DNA of 52,749 nt from an uncultured Woeseia sp. (GCA_964629335.1 CAZVRH010000005.1:1-52749), one strand, 5' to 3'; shown: positions 8,367 through 22,827, counted from the first letter of the stretch. Notes: generated by a model not told the origin, from the sequence alone. A program made the numbers and translations.

Positions 8367-9878
8367 ATTCTGGGTGGGGTCCTGAATTTCTAACTGTCTG
8401 CGTTCCTTTTCTTTCTTGATCATTGCAGCATCGTTTCTTCTTAATTCAATTCTTTTGAGATACTTTTCAGTGATGTCATTGGTAACGTACTCACCAGAAA
8501 AGCAGGATGTGTCGAATTCTTTAACTTCTGAATCCTCAAATCGAACTGCCTCAATCAAATCATCTAAAGACTGATAGATCAGCCAATCAGCACCTATAAA
8601 TGCTGACAATTCATCTTCAGATTTATTACTGGCTATTAATTCAGAGGACGCCGGCATATCAATTCCATAAACATTTGGGTACTTGACGGGAGGTGCTGCC
8701 GATGCAAAGAAAACTTTCTTTGCACCAGAGTTTCTAGCCATCTCTATGATCTGTTTTGAGGTCGTTCCTCTAACAATGGAGTCATCAATCAGCAAGACAT
8801 TTTTGTCTTTAATTTCGAGATCAATTGGATTGAGCTTATGTTTGACAGATTTTTTTCTCTTGTCTTGACCGGGCATGATAAACGTTCGCCCAATATAACG
8901 GTTCTTTATAAACCCTTCTCGATATTTTACTCCAAGATGATGAGCCACCTGAAGGGCGCTTGTTCTGCTTGTGTCTGGTATAGGAATCACAACATCTACA
9001 TCATGATGAAGTCCATTCTCTATGATTCTTTGTGCTAAATATTCACCCATTCTCAATCTGGATTTATACACGGACATTCCATCAATAATCGAATCAGGTC
9101 TAGCAAAATAAACAAATTCAAAAATACAAGGGGTATAGCTTTTTGGTTCAATACATTGGTGTGAATGCAATTCATTATTTTTATCAATGTAAATTGCTTC
9201 ACCTGGCATGACATCCCTCATTAATTCATATCCAGCGCTGTCAAGTGCTACGCTCTCAGAAGCAACCATGTAATCAGTACCCTCTTTTGTTTCTCTTGAC
9301 CCTATCACTAAAGGCCTAATACCATTAGGGTCCCTCATTGCAACCAGACCTTCGTTTAGAATCATTGCGACAACAGCATATCCTCCTGAGCATTTTCTAA
9401 ATAATGCAGTTGAAGCTTTAAAGATTAACTCGGGAGTAAGTGATTCTTGTGCTTGGATTTGGATCTCGTGAGCAAAAAGATTGAGTAATGCTTCAGTGTC
9501 AGATTCGGTATTAAGATGCCTTCTATCAACCTCTTTTAAGTGAACTCTAAGTTCAGTTGTATTGACTAGGTTTCCGTTGTGAGCTAAACATATCCCATAG
9601 GGGGAATTAACATAAAAAGGTTGTGCCTCTGAAGAACTTAGCGTTCCAGCTGTAGGGTACCTGACATGACCTATACCAATATTCCCTCTCAGTCTCGACA
9701 TGTGTTCTCCGGAGAAAACATCATTAACTAAGCCGTTACTTTTCCTTAAACAGAGCACACCGTTGTCATCGGTCATAATGCCAGCAGAATCTTGACCACG
9801 ATGTTGTAACACCGTCATGGCATCGTATATTTCCTGATTTACAGAACCAGTGCTAACTATGCCTACGATTCCGCACAC
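8355..9878 (-). CDS. purF: Amidophosphoribosyltransferase
   Basis: N-terminal MCGIVG (Ntn Cys), QHRGQD, GHVRYPTAG, HNGN, LLIDDSIVRGTT PRT motif, YGID. Confidence 0.98.
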   Translation of the reverse strand: MCGIVGIVSTGSVNQEIYDAMTVLQHRGQDSAGIMTDDNGVLCLRKSNGLVNDVFSGEHMSRLRGNIGIGHVRYPTAGTLSSSEAQPFYVNSPYGICLAHNGNLVNTTELRVHLKEVDRRHLNTESDTEALLNLFAHEIQIQAQESLTPELIFKASTALFRKCSGGYAVVAMILNEGLVAMRDPNGIRPLVIGSRETKEGTDYMVASESVALDSAGYELMRDVMPGEAIYIDKNNELHSHQCIEPKSYTPCIFEFVYFARPDSIIDGMSVYKSRLRMGEYLAQRIIENGLHHDVDVVIPIPDTSRTSALQVAHHLGVKYREGFIKNRYIGRTFIMPGQDKRKKSVKHKLNPIDLEIKDKNVLLIDDSIVRGTTSKQIIEMARNSGAKKVFFASAAPPVKYPNVYGIDMPASSELIASNKSEDELSAFIGADWLIYQSLDDLIEAVRFEDSEVKEFDTSCFSGEYVTNDITEKYLKRIELRRNDAAMIKKEKERRQLEIQDPTQNSFN

Positions 9879-9910
9879 TTAAATCATATCCCCTTATAAT
9901 TTAGATCGAG

Positions 9911-10450
9911 TCATTGATTATAATACTCGAGAAAAAAATTGTAGAAAAAATCAGCAATCTCTTCTGCTTGCTCTAAAAAAACTGCCTCCTGAATCATCGG
10001 TTCTGTATAAAAATCTGTGTCCTCTAAAAATAAAATAATCATAGCGATAAAGACCAAGCCTCTTAAAAATCCAAAACCAATACCAAACAACATGTTTCCA
10101 GAAAAACTCCAACCGATGGCCTTGATTGCTTTTTTTGTAGCAATCGCACCCAAAGATAAGGTGATGGCTAAGATAACTGCTCTCGCTAACCATAATTTAA
10201 AGGTTTCTGAAGCTATCACTGAACCAAAGACGACTGCCAAATTATCATCAAAACTAACGGCCGCCCAGACTGCTACAATCCAAGCGAGCAATGAGAATAA
10301 TTCTGACAAAAACCCTCTAAAGAAGCCGTATAGAGTAGAAATCCCTAAAGTTCCCATAAGAATAAAATCAAAAATAGATACCACTTCCTGTGACCCAAAA
10401 AAATTAATTGGAAATATCACTGGAAAAGGGAAAGGTATGTGGAAAATCAT
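9911..10450 (-). CDS. cvpA: CvpA family membrane protein
   Basis: D-x-ILxGxLxISTLYGFFRGFLSE, GFGFGFLRG; conserved position upstream of purF; start uncertain. Confidence 0.88.
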   Translation of the reverse strand: MIFHIPFPFPVIFPINFFGSQEVVSIFDFILMGTLGISTLYGFFRGFLSELFSLLAWIVAVWAAVSFDDNLAVVFGSVIASETFKLWLARAVILAITLSLGAIATKKAIKAIGWSFSGNMLFGIGFGFLRGLVFIAMIILFLEDTDFYTEPMIQEAVFLEQAEEIADFFYNFFLEYYNQ

Positions 10451-10842
10451 TGTTGTCCTGGAGGTACTATCTGATATGGATAATTATTTCTGTCTAAGCT
10501 CCTTTTTATTTTCTCAATAGATTCATCTGGATCCTTAGGTCTAATTCTGACTCTATATATTTCTATTCCAGCAATATCTTTTTTACTGACAAAGGCATTA
10601 AATCTTTTATTTTCTAGTTCCTTGGTTAAATCTTGAGCTTCCTGATAATCTTCAAATGCTTCGATCTGTATGACCCATTCAAAGATCGCACCTTTAGCAT
10701 CGTCTGAACTTTCAACAACGATTGAATGCTTGCGTTGATTGTATTCATTTATTCTTTCTAAACCTTGTCCTTGAAGCATAAGAATTAGAGCTATCGAGAG
10801 TAAGATAATAATTGTAATCGAACCTACTATTCTTTCTTTCAT
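10447..10842 (-). CDS. dedD: SPOR-domain cell division protein (compact DedD-like)
   Basis: KERIVGSITII membrane anchor; SPOR motifs WVIQIEAF and YRVRIRP; lies between folC and cvpA. Confidence 0.75.
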   Translation of the reverse strand: MKERIVGSITIIILLSIALILMLQGQGLERINEYNQRKHSIVVESSDDAKGAIFEWVIQIEAFEDYQEAQDLTKELENKRFNAFVSKKDIAGIEIYRVRIRPKDPDESIEKIKRSLDRNNYPYQIVPPGQQ

Positions 10843-12134
10843 GATATTTCTCTAGCGTTGTTTAAATATTCCTTTGCTGGACCAACAAGTTCAAATGAGC
10901 CTGAAACAATTATATTGTCGCTAATGGGTTCAAGATTCTCAACATATTTGAATGCTTCGTATGGAGTTTCCTTCACGGTAATATTTTTTATTCCTAAGTT
11001 TCCCAACCTGTTTTTTAACTCTCTCGATGACAACGATCGTTCTGTATCCATTCTGCAAACTATCCATTTAGAAACTATATCTTTAAAAACATCAATAAAT
11101 GCCTCTAAATTCTTATCTCTCATCATGCTGATTATCATTACATTATTATTATTCAATCCCATCCTATTAAGTCGATCTCTAAAATTGTTAGCCGCACCTG
11201 GGTTATGAGCCACATCTAGAATCCATTTAGATTTTTTCTCGATCTGTTCGAATCGACCAGGTATTGAAAAATTTTTTAAGGTACTGTTTAGTTCATTCAC
11301 AGAGGGAAGCAATGTTTCATCAGACATTTCGATGGCTGTTAAAGCGGTGGCTAAATTATTGACCTCTCCTTCTGCCCAGTGGGTTGGTACATTTATCCTT
11401 TCTATACAATTATTAAGGCCTGACCAACTGAAAAAACTGTTTTTACCTTTGATAGTGAATTCTCTATCTCTCGCGAATAATCTTGAGCCTTGAAGCTTGG
11501 CTTGTTCCTGAACCACAGATTGGGATTTATTATCACCGTATATCAATGGCTTGCTTGGCTTAGCAATTCCTGCTTTCTCATAAGCAATCTCATCGATAGA
11601 TTCACCAAGCCAATCTTGATGGTCCAAATCGATATTAGTAATTATCGAAACACTGGGATCTATAACATTTGTGGCATCTAATCGCCCTCCTAAGCCAACT
11701 TCGATCAAGATTGCATCACAATTGTGTTTAGATAAAATATGAAAAGCGGCCAGAGTTCCAAATTCAAAATAAGTCAGAGGAACATCTCCTCTTAAACTTT
11801 CAATATGTTCAAAAGAGCTTATTAATTCATCGTCTGAAACATTGGTATTATTAATCGAAATTCTTTCATTATAATTAATTAGATGCGGGGAAGTATAAGT
11901 GCCAGTTTTTAGCTTTCTCAAAACTAATAAACTCTCAATAAGTGCTAAAGTGGTGCCCTTGCCGTTGGTTCCGGCAATAAGGAATAGATTATTTTCTGGA
12001 AAGTTTAAATCAAGCTTCTCAAAAACTTGCTGGACTCTAGTTAGGGATAGATCAATGTCTTTATTATTCAGTCCTTGTTGATATTCTAGCCAATCAGAAA
12101 GACTTGATTTCATCATCACAAATCTCTTTTTCAA
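10839..12134 (-). CDS. folC: Folylpolyglutamate synthase/dihydrofolate synthase
   Basis: IAGTNGKGTT, YTSPHLINYNERI, LTYFEFGTLAA, EVGLGGRLDATN, LDVAHNP; true start may be the ATG a few codons in. Confidence 0.97.
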   Translation of the reverse strand: MKKRFVMMKSSLSDWLEYQQGLNNKDIDLSLTRVQQVFEKLDLNFPENNLFLIAGTNGKGTTLALIESLLVLRKLKTGTYTSPHLINYNERISINNTNVSDDELISSFEHIESLRGDVPLTYFEFGTLAAFHILSKHNCDAILIEVGLGGRLDATNVIDPSVSIITNIDLDHQDWLGESIDEIAYEKAGIAKPSKPLIYGDNKSQSVVQEQAKLQGSRLFARDREFTIKGKNSFFSWSGLNNCIERINVPTHWAEGEVNNLATALTAIEMSDETLLPSVNELNSTLKNFSIPGRFEQIEKKSKWILDVAHNPGAANNFRDRLNRMGLNNNNVMIISMMRDKNLEAFIDVFKDIVSKWIVCRMDTERSLSSRELKNRLGNLGIKNITVKETPYEAFKYVENLEPISDNIIVSGSFELVGPAKEYLNNAREIS

Positions 12135-12152
12135 TTATCACTGAATTGCTTG

Positions 12153-13004
12153 TTAACTGACTAAATTACTGATTAATGTTGCTATAGTTTGACGCATTTC
12201 TCTTCGATCCACGATCATATCTATGGCACCTTTTTCTAAAAGAAAATCACTTCTTTGGAAACCTTCTGGGAGGGTCTCTCCAACTGTTTGTTCGATCACC
12301 CTAGGGCCAGCAAAGCCAATTAATGCTCCTGGTTCAGCAAGATTAATATCCCCTAACATGGCTATACTTGCTGAAACACCTCCCGTGGTTGGATCAGTCA
12401 TAACAGATATATACGGTAATTTGACTGCGTCTAATTCAACGAGGGCCGAAGTAGTTTTAGCCAGCTGCATCAAAGAAAGGAAGGCTTCCTGCATTCTTGC
12501 ACCTCCGCTGGCACAAAAACAAACTAGAGGCATATTTTGTTCAATACTTAAATTGACTGCTCTAACAAACTTTTCACCAACGACTGATCCCATTGACCCC
12601 CCAAGAAAATTAAATTCAAATGCACAGGCAACCAAGCTAACTTCCTTCACCTCCCCTTGCATTACAATCAGAGCGTCGTGCTCACCTGTTTTTCTTTTTG
12701 ATTCAGTTAATCGGTCTTTGTATTTTTTCTTATCTTTAAACTTTAAAGGATCAGTTGAAATTAAGTTGTTAAAATACTCTTTCGATGTTCCTTCATCAAA
12801 AAACTGACTCAATCGGTATCGGGCAGAGATCCGCATATGATGGTCACATTTATTACATACATGAAGATTCCTTTCTAAGTCTGCACGATACAATTGTGCT
12901 TTGCATGACTCACAAGTAACCCACACACCTTCTGGTACGGATTTTACCCGTTGAGACTTTTTAGTCTTGATTCTGGATGGAACAATTTTCTTAAACCAAT
13001 TCAT
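12153..13004 (-). CDS. accD: Acetyl-CoA carboxylase carboxyltransferase beta subunit
   Basis: CxxC...CxxC zinc finger, [52 protein letters not shown]. Confidence 0.98.
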   Translation of the reverse strand: MNWFKKIVPSRIKTKKSQRVKSVPEGVWVTCESCKAQLYRADLERNLHVCNKCDHHMRISARYRLSQFFDEGTSKEYFNNLISTDPLKFKDKKKYKDRLTESKRKTGEHDALIVMQGEVKEVSLVACAFEFNFLGGSMGSVVGEKFVRAVNLSIEQNMPLVCFCASGGARMQEAFLSLMQLAKTTSALVELDAVKLPYISVMTDPTTGGVSASIAMLGDINLAEPGALIGFAGPRVIEQTVGETLPEGFQRSDFLLEKGAIDMIVDRREMRQTIATLISNLVS

Positions 13005-13026
13005 ATAATTTTAAATATTAATATCT

Positions 13027-13815
13027 TCATCTTATCTCAATGTCTTGGCTAGGCAATTGATATTTTTCTGGGTATTTTACACCGACTAAATATAATCCTT
13101 GAGCAGAAACTGTTCGTGAGGCTTCTCTTCTGTCTTTAGCATTTAGTATTTTTTCCATTTCATTTGCCTCCAATTTTTGAAGGCCTACATCAATCAACGT
13201 TCCTGTAATATTTCTTATCATATGGTGCAGAAACGCATTCGCAATAAATGCTATTCGCAGTCGGTCTTGGTCCTCTTTATAAAAATGGATTGATTTCATC
13301 TCACGGATTGGATTATTAGACTGACAACTCGAGGCCCTGAATGAAGAAAAATCATGTTTTCCAATCAAATAATTAGCCGCTTGTTTCATGGCATCTAGAT
13401 CAAGTTGATGCTTGATGAAAAGCACTCTGGAGCCCAAGAAAACATCTGGCTTTTTAGTTTTTATACAATAATCATAACGACGATACATAGCTGATTTTCT
13501 AGCATCAAATTCACTCGGAACCTCTTTAGTCCAATTAATGAATATATCTTGAGGTAAATACGCATTAATACCATCTTTCCACTGATTGGTTTCACGATTG
13601 GCATTGGATATAAAATGAAACACTTGTTCGTGTGCATGAACTCCGCTGTCAGTCCTTCCAGACCCATAGATTCTGATGTTTTCATTCGCCACATTACCTA
13701 CGGCTTTTTCGATATGATCCTGGATTGTATGTTGATCTTTCTGTGATTGCCAACCACAATACTGGGTACCTTTATATTGGACCCCACAAGCTATTTTAGT
13801 TGCTGGGGAAATCAT
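13027..13815 (-). CDS. truA: tRNA pseudouridine(38-40) synthase
   Basis: YKGTQYCGWQ, GSGRTDSGVHA, FDARKSA, HDFSSFRA, AFLHHMIR, GLYL. Confidence 0.97.
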   Translation of the reverse strand: MISPATKIACGVQYKGTQYCGWQSQKDQHTIQDHIEKAVGNVANENIRIYGSGRTDSGVHAHEQVFHFISNANRETNQWKDGINAYLPQDIFINWTKEVPSEFDARKSAMYRRYDYCIKTKKPDVFLGSRVLFIKHQLDLDAMKQAANYLIGKHDFSSFRASSCQSNNPIREMKSIHFYKEDQDRLRIAFIANAFLHHMIRNITGTLIDVGLQKLEANEMEKILNAKDRREASRTVSAQGLYLVGVKYPEKYQLPSQDIEIR

Positions 13816-13818
13816 GAT

Positions 13819-14820
13819 TTAATAGTTCGAATCTATAATCACTTCAGCAATTTGTATAGAATTGAGAGCAGCTCCCTTTCTGATGTTATCTGCAACAATC
13901 CAAAGGTTTATTGAATTTTCCGATGAAAGATCTTTTCGAATTCTACCTACATAGACTTTATCTGTTCCTTCTCCATGTAGGAGCGGTATTGGGTATTCAT
14001 CACCTGTCATAACCTTAATATGTGGACAGGTATCGAGTAAGTCACGAACTAGGGATACACTAATCTCTGATTCTGTTTCCAGAGTTACGACCTCAGAATG
14101 CCCTATTTTTACTGGTACCCGAACTGCGGTTGCATTAACTTGGATCTGGTTTGATTGCAAAATCTTCTGAGTCTCCCAAACCAACTTCATCTCCTCAAAG
14201 GTGTAACCATTATCTTGGATTTCGCCTATTTGAGGGATGACATTATGTGCAAATATTTCATTAAAATCGGTGGTGTTTATGTCATCGTTATCATTGAGTT
14301 GTTTTTCCAATAACTCCACAGAGCTTCGACCTGCTCCGGATACTGACTGATAGGTTGCTATGTTTATTTTCTTAATAGGCGTATGAACATGTATGGGTGC
14401 TAAAGCAATCACTAACTGGATTGTTGAACAATTCGGATTCGCTACAATATTACTGTTTCTAAATTCAGACAAGGCTGACGGGTTAACTTCTGGAACCACT
14501 AAAGGAATATCGTCCTGGTATCTAAACTCTGAGGTGTTATCAATAACCACAGCTCCTGCTTTTGCAGCTGTTGGGGCATACTCCCTTGAAACTGAGGCCC
14601 CGGCTGAAAAAAAAGCAAAATCGATTCCGTCAAACTTAAATGTATCTAAATCAATGACCTCGAGATCTTCAGAGCCAAAATTGATCATCTTACCCATGGA
14701 TCGCTTACTGGCTAGGGGAACAAGCTGCTCTATAGGAAATGCTCGCTCTTCAAGAATGGAGATCATTGACTCTCCCACCATTCCTGTGGCCCCAACAACA
14801 GCTACATTATATTTTTTCAT
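13819..14820 (-). CDS. asd: Aspartate-semialdehyde dehydrogenase
   Basis: VVGATGMVG, VIDNTSEFR, PLVVPEVN, ANPNCSTIQ, YQSVSGAG, DNIRKGAALN. Confidence 0.97.
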   Translation of the reverse strand: MKKYNVAVVGATGMVGESMISILEERAFPIEQLVPLASKRSMGKMINFGSEDLEVIDLDTFKFDGIDFAFFSAGASVSREYAPTAAKAGAVVIDNTSEFRYQDDIPLVVPEVNPSALSEFRNSNIVANPNCSTIQLVIALAPIHVHTPIKKINIATYQSVSGAGRSSVELLEKQLNDNDDINTTDFNEIFAHNVIPQIGEIQDNGYTFEEMKLVWETQKILQSNQIQVNATAVRVPVKIGHSEVVTLETESEISVSLVRDLLDTCPHIKVMTGDEYPIPLLHGEGTDKVYVGRIRKDLSSENSINLWIVADNIRKGAALNSIQIAEVIIDSNY

Positions 14821-14829
14821 GATTGTAAA

Positions 14830-15906
14830 TTATGAGGTAACTTCAACGTCAGAGTTCTGAGCACGATGACGAAGATAATGATCCATCAACGTAATCGCAA
14901 GCATTGCTTCAGCTATTGGGGTTGCCCTTAGCCCAACACAAGGATCGTGACGACCTTTGGTTACAATTTCAGTTTCTTCACCTAACTTATCAATAGTTTC
15001 TGCGGGTTTTACAATACTGGATGTTGGTTTTAATGCAATACTGGCAAGAATGTCTTGTCCAGAGGATATGCCCCCAAGTGTTCCCCCAGAATTATTTTGT
15101 TTAAAACCGGAAGAATCTATTTCATCTCTGTGCTCGCTACCACGTTGAGTGACTACTGAAAAACCAGCGCCTATCTCAACCCCTTTTACAGCATTGATAC
15201 TCATTAAGGCATGCGCAATATCGGCCTCAAGTTTATCAAAAACCGGTTCGCCTAAACCGATGGGTACTTGGGTTGCAAGAATATTTATTTTCGCTCCTAT
15301 TGAATCCCCATCTCTTCTTAATTGATCCATGAAGGATTCTAGTTCTTCTATTTTTCCAGGATCTCCTGCAAAAAAAGGATTGGTCATGATGAAATCTTTA
15401 TCTTTGAGGTCAACTGAAATTGAACCCAACTGACTTAAATAGCCGTAAATTTCCAACCCGAGTCTCTCTTTAAGATATTTTTTTGCAATGGCTCCTGCTG
15501 CTACTCTCATAACAGTTTCTCTAGCCGAAGATCTTCCTCCTCCTCGATAGTCTCGAATACCGTATTTATGGTAGTAAGAAAAATCAGCATGACCAGGACG
15601 AAACTTGTCTTTGATAGCAGAATAATCTTTGGATTTTTGATCAACATTCCCCACCACTAAATTAATGGGGGTGCCCGTGGTCTTACCTTCAAACACTCCC
15701 GACATAATTTTTACTTGATCGGGTTCTTTTCTTTGAGAAGTAAAACGAGATGTCCCAGGTCTTCTTTTCTCTAACTCTTGCTGAATGTCTTCTTCTGAAA
15801 GCTCCATTCCAGGGGGACAACCATCAACAATAGCAGCCATTCCAGGTCCATGACTTTCCCCAGAGGTGGTCACTGAAAATAGTTTTCCTATTGTATTTCC
15901 TGCCAT
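14830..15906 (-). CDS. aroC: Chorismate synthase
   Basis: [47 protein letters not shown]. Confidence 0.98.
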   Translation of the reverse strand: MAGNTIGKLFSVTTSGESHGPGMAAIVDGCPPGMELSEEDIQQELEKRRPGTSRFTSQRKEPDQVKIMSGVFEGKTTGTPINLVVGNVDQKSKDYSAIKDKFRPGHADFSYYHKYGIRDYRGGGRSSARETVMRVAAGAIAKKYLKERLGLEIYGYLSQLGSISVDLKDKDFIMTNPFFAGDPGKIEELESFMDQLRRDGDSIGAKINILATQVPIGLGEPVFDKLEADIAHALMSINAVKGVEIGAGFSVVTQRGSEHRDEIDSSGFKQNNSGGTLGGISSGQDILASIALKPTSSIVKPAETIDKLGEETEIVTKGRHDPCVGLRATPIAEAMLAITLMDHYLRHRAQNSDVEVTS

Positions 15907-15941
15907 TTTATTCTCTTAAATAATCCTAATTGTATCCAATT

Positions 15942-16835
15942 CTATCTTAGATGTTGTGCTTCTATCACTGCCACTCCTTCTCCCCCATGTTCAAATGTCA
16001 CCCATTTGAATGGAAGATCGTATGATCTTTCAAGCTCCTTTGCAGCAACCCCTGCTTCTATAATCAATATTCCATCTTGATTTAGAAATGGAGGAGCATC
16101 TTGCAGTATTCTGGAGATAAAATCCAGTCCCTTATGACCAGCAACCAATGCTTCTTGAGGCTCAAATGAATATTCGATCGGTAAACTGTTCATAACATTC
16201 TCTGGTACATAAGGTGGATTACTGATAATTAAATCAAAACTTCCTGAAAGATTTTCAAATAGATCCGAATGAACCAATTCAACTCTCTTGTCTAAACTTT
16301 TTTCTGTCCTATTGATGCTTGCAACCTCTAATGCCTGTGTAGAAATATCTGAAGCCTGAATATCTATGTCTGGGAATTGCATAGCCAACGAGAGAGCAAT
16401 GCACCCGGACCCAGTGCCAATTTCTAAGACCGTCTTTACTTTCTTCATATCAATCCAAGGCTGCATTTCATTGTTGATCATTTCTGCTATTGGAGATCTT
16501 GGTATCAGTGCTCGGCCATCTATAAAGAACTCATGCCCACAAAAATAAGCCTTATTGGTTATATAGGGCATTGGTTTTCTAGTCTTAATTCTTACCGATA
16601 GATACTTATTGATCGTTGTAAATTCTTCCAAGGTGGGTGGGGAGTCTAATGTGTCTTTTTCAATAGGGTAAGTGATCTCCAGTGCAGAAAGAATAATAGC
16701 CAGTGCTTCGTCTTTTGCATTGCTAGTACCGTGACCATAAAATAAATTACTGCTGTCTAACAGCAACTCTAATTCCGCAAGGATACTTGCAATGGAAGAA
16801 TTGACTGTAGTGGTTTTTAAACTAATGTTTTTCAT
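15942..16835 (-). CDS. prmB: Ribosomal protein L3 N5-glutamine methyltransferase
   Basis: YGHGTSNAKDEA, ALIPRSPIAE, LEIGTGSGCIA, ISNPPYV; prmB-aroC synteny. Confidence 0.93.
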   Translation of the reverse strand: MKNISLKTTTVNSSIASILAELELLLDSSNLFYGHGTSNAKDEALAIILSALEITYPIEKDTLDSPPTLEEFTTINKYLSVRIKTRKPMPYITNKAYFCGHEFFIDGRALIPRSPIAEMINNEMQPWIDMKKVKTVLEIGTGSGCIALSLAMQFPDIDIQASDISTQALEVASINRTEKSLDKRVELVHSDLFENLSGSFDLIISNPPYVPENVMNSLPIEYSFEPQEALVAGHKGLDFISRILQDAPPFLNQDGILIIEAGVAAKELERSYDLPFKWVTFEHGGEGVAVIEAQHLR

Positions 16836-16904
16836 TATTTTTCGATGTTACATTAGAACAGATAGAAACTGGAGACTATCAATAATTTATTCTTTAACAA
16901 TCCA

Positions 16905-17675
16905 ATGAATTTATTGCTAAAACTATTACAGATGTTGGTTCTAAGAATTTCTAGAATCAAAGCACGGCCTATAAAAACCCTTCTGATCAAATATTTTAAA
17001 AGCCATTATCAAATCAATCTTGATGAATACGCCAGAAAGCATATTGATGAGTATTCAAGTTTTAATGATTTTTTTACCAGAGAATTTGCAAAGGGGGTCA
17101 GACCCATTGATCAGTCGAACGATGCTTTAGTCTCTCCCGTGGATGGCAAGATTATGGAGTCTGGAACAATTGAATCGGGGCAACTTTTTCAACTCAAAAA
17201 CATGAAATATAGCCTGGATAAACTATTAAACAAGGATATCGATCTTATAGAAATGTTTCAAAATGCTTACTATATAACCATATATTTAGCTCCGAATAAC
17301 TATCATCGCGTCCATCTTCCCTATCACGGAAAACTTGTTAATAATCAAATTGTTAAAGGAAAAAATTACAAAGTGAATGAGCATGCCTTAAGACAGGTAA
17401 GTGGGTTGTACACTAAAAATATAAGGCAAATCAGTCAATTTGAAGATTCCAATATTAGCTTTTGTATGATCATGGTGGGAGCTATGAATGTCTCATCAAT
17501 TTCCTTAACCGATAAAAATGGATGCGAGTACAAGAAAGGTGAAGAGTTTTCTCGTTTTAATCTTGGTTCCACCGTCCTGATTCTCTTTCCTCAATCTGCA
17601 AAGATAAAATGGTCGCACCTGATCACGTTTGGTCAAACAATAAAATTAGGTGAATGCATCGCAAAATTCAGATAA
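16905..17675 (+). CDS. psd: Phosphatidylserine decarboxylase proenzyme
   Basis: SFNDFFTR, SPVDG, YLAPNNYHRVHLP, MVGAMNVSSI, FNLGST self-cleavage motif. Confidence 0.93.
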   Translation: MNLLLKLLQMLVLRISRIKARPIKTLLIKYFKSHYQINLDEYARKHIDEYSSFNDFFTREFAKGVRPIDQSNDALVSPVDGKIMESGTIESGQLFQLKNMKYSLDKLLNKDIDLIEMFQNAYYITIYLAPNNYHRVHLPYHGKLVNNQIVKGKNYKVNEHALRQVSGLYTKNIRQISQFEDSNISFCMIMVGAMNVSSISLTDKNGCEYKKGEEFSRFNLGSTVLILFPQSAKIKWSHLITFGQTIKLGECIAKFR

Positions 17676-17699
17676 ATTAAGTCTATATGGGAGTTTTTT

Positions 17700-17816
17700 A
17701 TGGAAGCAACGATTATACTCCTGATCGTGGTTCTGATTTTTTTAGTTCGATCGTTTAAATATTTCAGCAAGCTCAGCTCGCCTTCAGAAGATCATGAGGA
17801 AAAAAGCAAAGAATAA
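17700..17816 (+). CDS. Small single-pass membrane protein (38 aa), not in the ORF track
   Basis: GGGAG SD 6 nt before ATG; MEATIILLIVVLIFLVRSFKYFSKLSSPSEDHEEKSKE (N-terminal TM helix, charged tail). Confidence 0.65.
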   Translation: MEATIILLIVVLIFLVRSFKYFSKLSSPSEDHEEKSKE

Positions 17817-17915
17817 TTAAAAAGGTGAGAAGATATTCTTTACGCCAAAGACAATTGAAACAATCATCAAAATAACTAGTAAATAGTATATAAATTTCTG
17901 GTTCATCGTTGTCAT
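17817..17915 (-). CDS. Small single-pass membrane protein (32 aa), not in the ORF track
   Basis: ATGA overlap with the efp stop; MTTMNQKFIYYLLVILMIVSIVFGVKNIFSPF. Confidence 0.55.
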   Translation of the reverse strand: MTTMNQKFIYYLLVILMIVSIVFGVKNIFSPF

Positions 17916-18478
17916 TTTACCCTGGATAAATATTCACCGGTTCGGGTATCGACCCTGATCAGTTCGCCTTCATCAATAAATAAAGGAACCTTTATTATTG
18001 CCCCGGAAGCTATTTCTGCAGGTTTGACTCCGCCTTGAGCCGTGTCTCCCTTTAAACCGGGTTCAGTTTTGGTCACCCTAACCTCTATATTATTAGGCGG
18101 CTCAACAGAAATAACTTGGCCATTCCAAAGTGTAACATTGCAATTGGCCTCTTCAATTAACCAGTCTTTCATCTCTTCAATGATCTCAATAGGCGCTGCT
18201 AATTGATCGTATGTTTCAACATCCATAAAATGCCAATTCTGTCCATCGTTATAGAGGTATTGCATTTCTCTGATATTGACATCCGCGGCCTCTAGACTCG
18301 CGCCAATCTTAACGGTTTTTTCTAAGACCCTTCCGTTTTTAAGATTCTTTAATTTTAATTTATTAAACGCCTGACCTTTTCCCGGTTTGTGAAATTCAGA
18401 TCCGACAATGCTGAAGGGTTCTCCGTCAATTAAGACTTTTAGACCGTTTTTAAAATCCCCACTACTGTATGCAACCAT
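17912..18478 (-). CDS. efp: Elongation factor P
   Basis: DFKNGLKV, KPGKGQAF loop, PGLKGDTA, VPLFIDEGE, VDTRTGEYLSR. Confidence 0.98.
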   Translation of the reverse strand: MVAYSSGDFKNGLKVLIDGEPFSIVGSEFHKPGKGQAFNKLKLKNLKNGRVLEKTVKIGASLEAADVNIREMQYLYNDGQNWHFMDVETYDQLAAPIEIIEEMKDWLIEEANCNVTLWNGQVISVEPPNNIEVRVTKTEPGLKGDTAQGGVKPAEIASGAIIKVPLFIDEGELIRVDTRTGEYLSRVK

Positions 18479-18492
18479 GTTTATTCTTTCTG

Positions 18493-22682
<4,190 letters not shown>

Positions 22683-22736
22683 TTATTCTTGAGAAAAGAT
22701 ACTGAATCAAGGTTATTGATGTATCTTTAAGCGGCC

Positions 22737-22745
22737 ATTCTACCA
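22737..22745 (-). promoter_or_regulatory. Extended -10 promoter (TG-G-TAGAAT) for parE-parC-efp
   Basis: TGn-TAGAAT 63 nt upstream of the parE ATG; a TATAAT also lies at 22767-22772. Confidence 0.4.
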
Positions 22746-22777
22746 TAGCTCCTAGGATTGAGTGGCATTATAACTAG

Positions 22778-22806
22778 AAAGGGGCCGCATTGCTGTCAGC
22801 CCCTTT
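22778..22806. terminator. Intrinsic terminator hairpin downstream of katG
   Basis: AAAGGGGC-N13-GCCCCTTT inverted repeat with a T-run on the plus side and TTT on the minus side, 21 nt after the katG stop. Confidence 0.7.
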
Positions 22807-22827
22807 AGTTTTTTTTAAGGTCTGATA

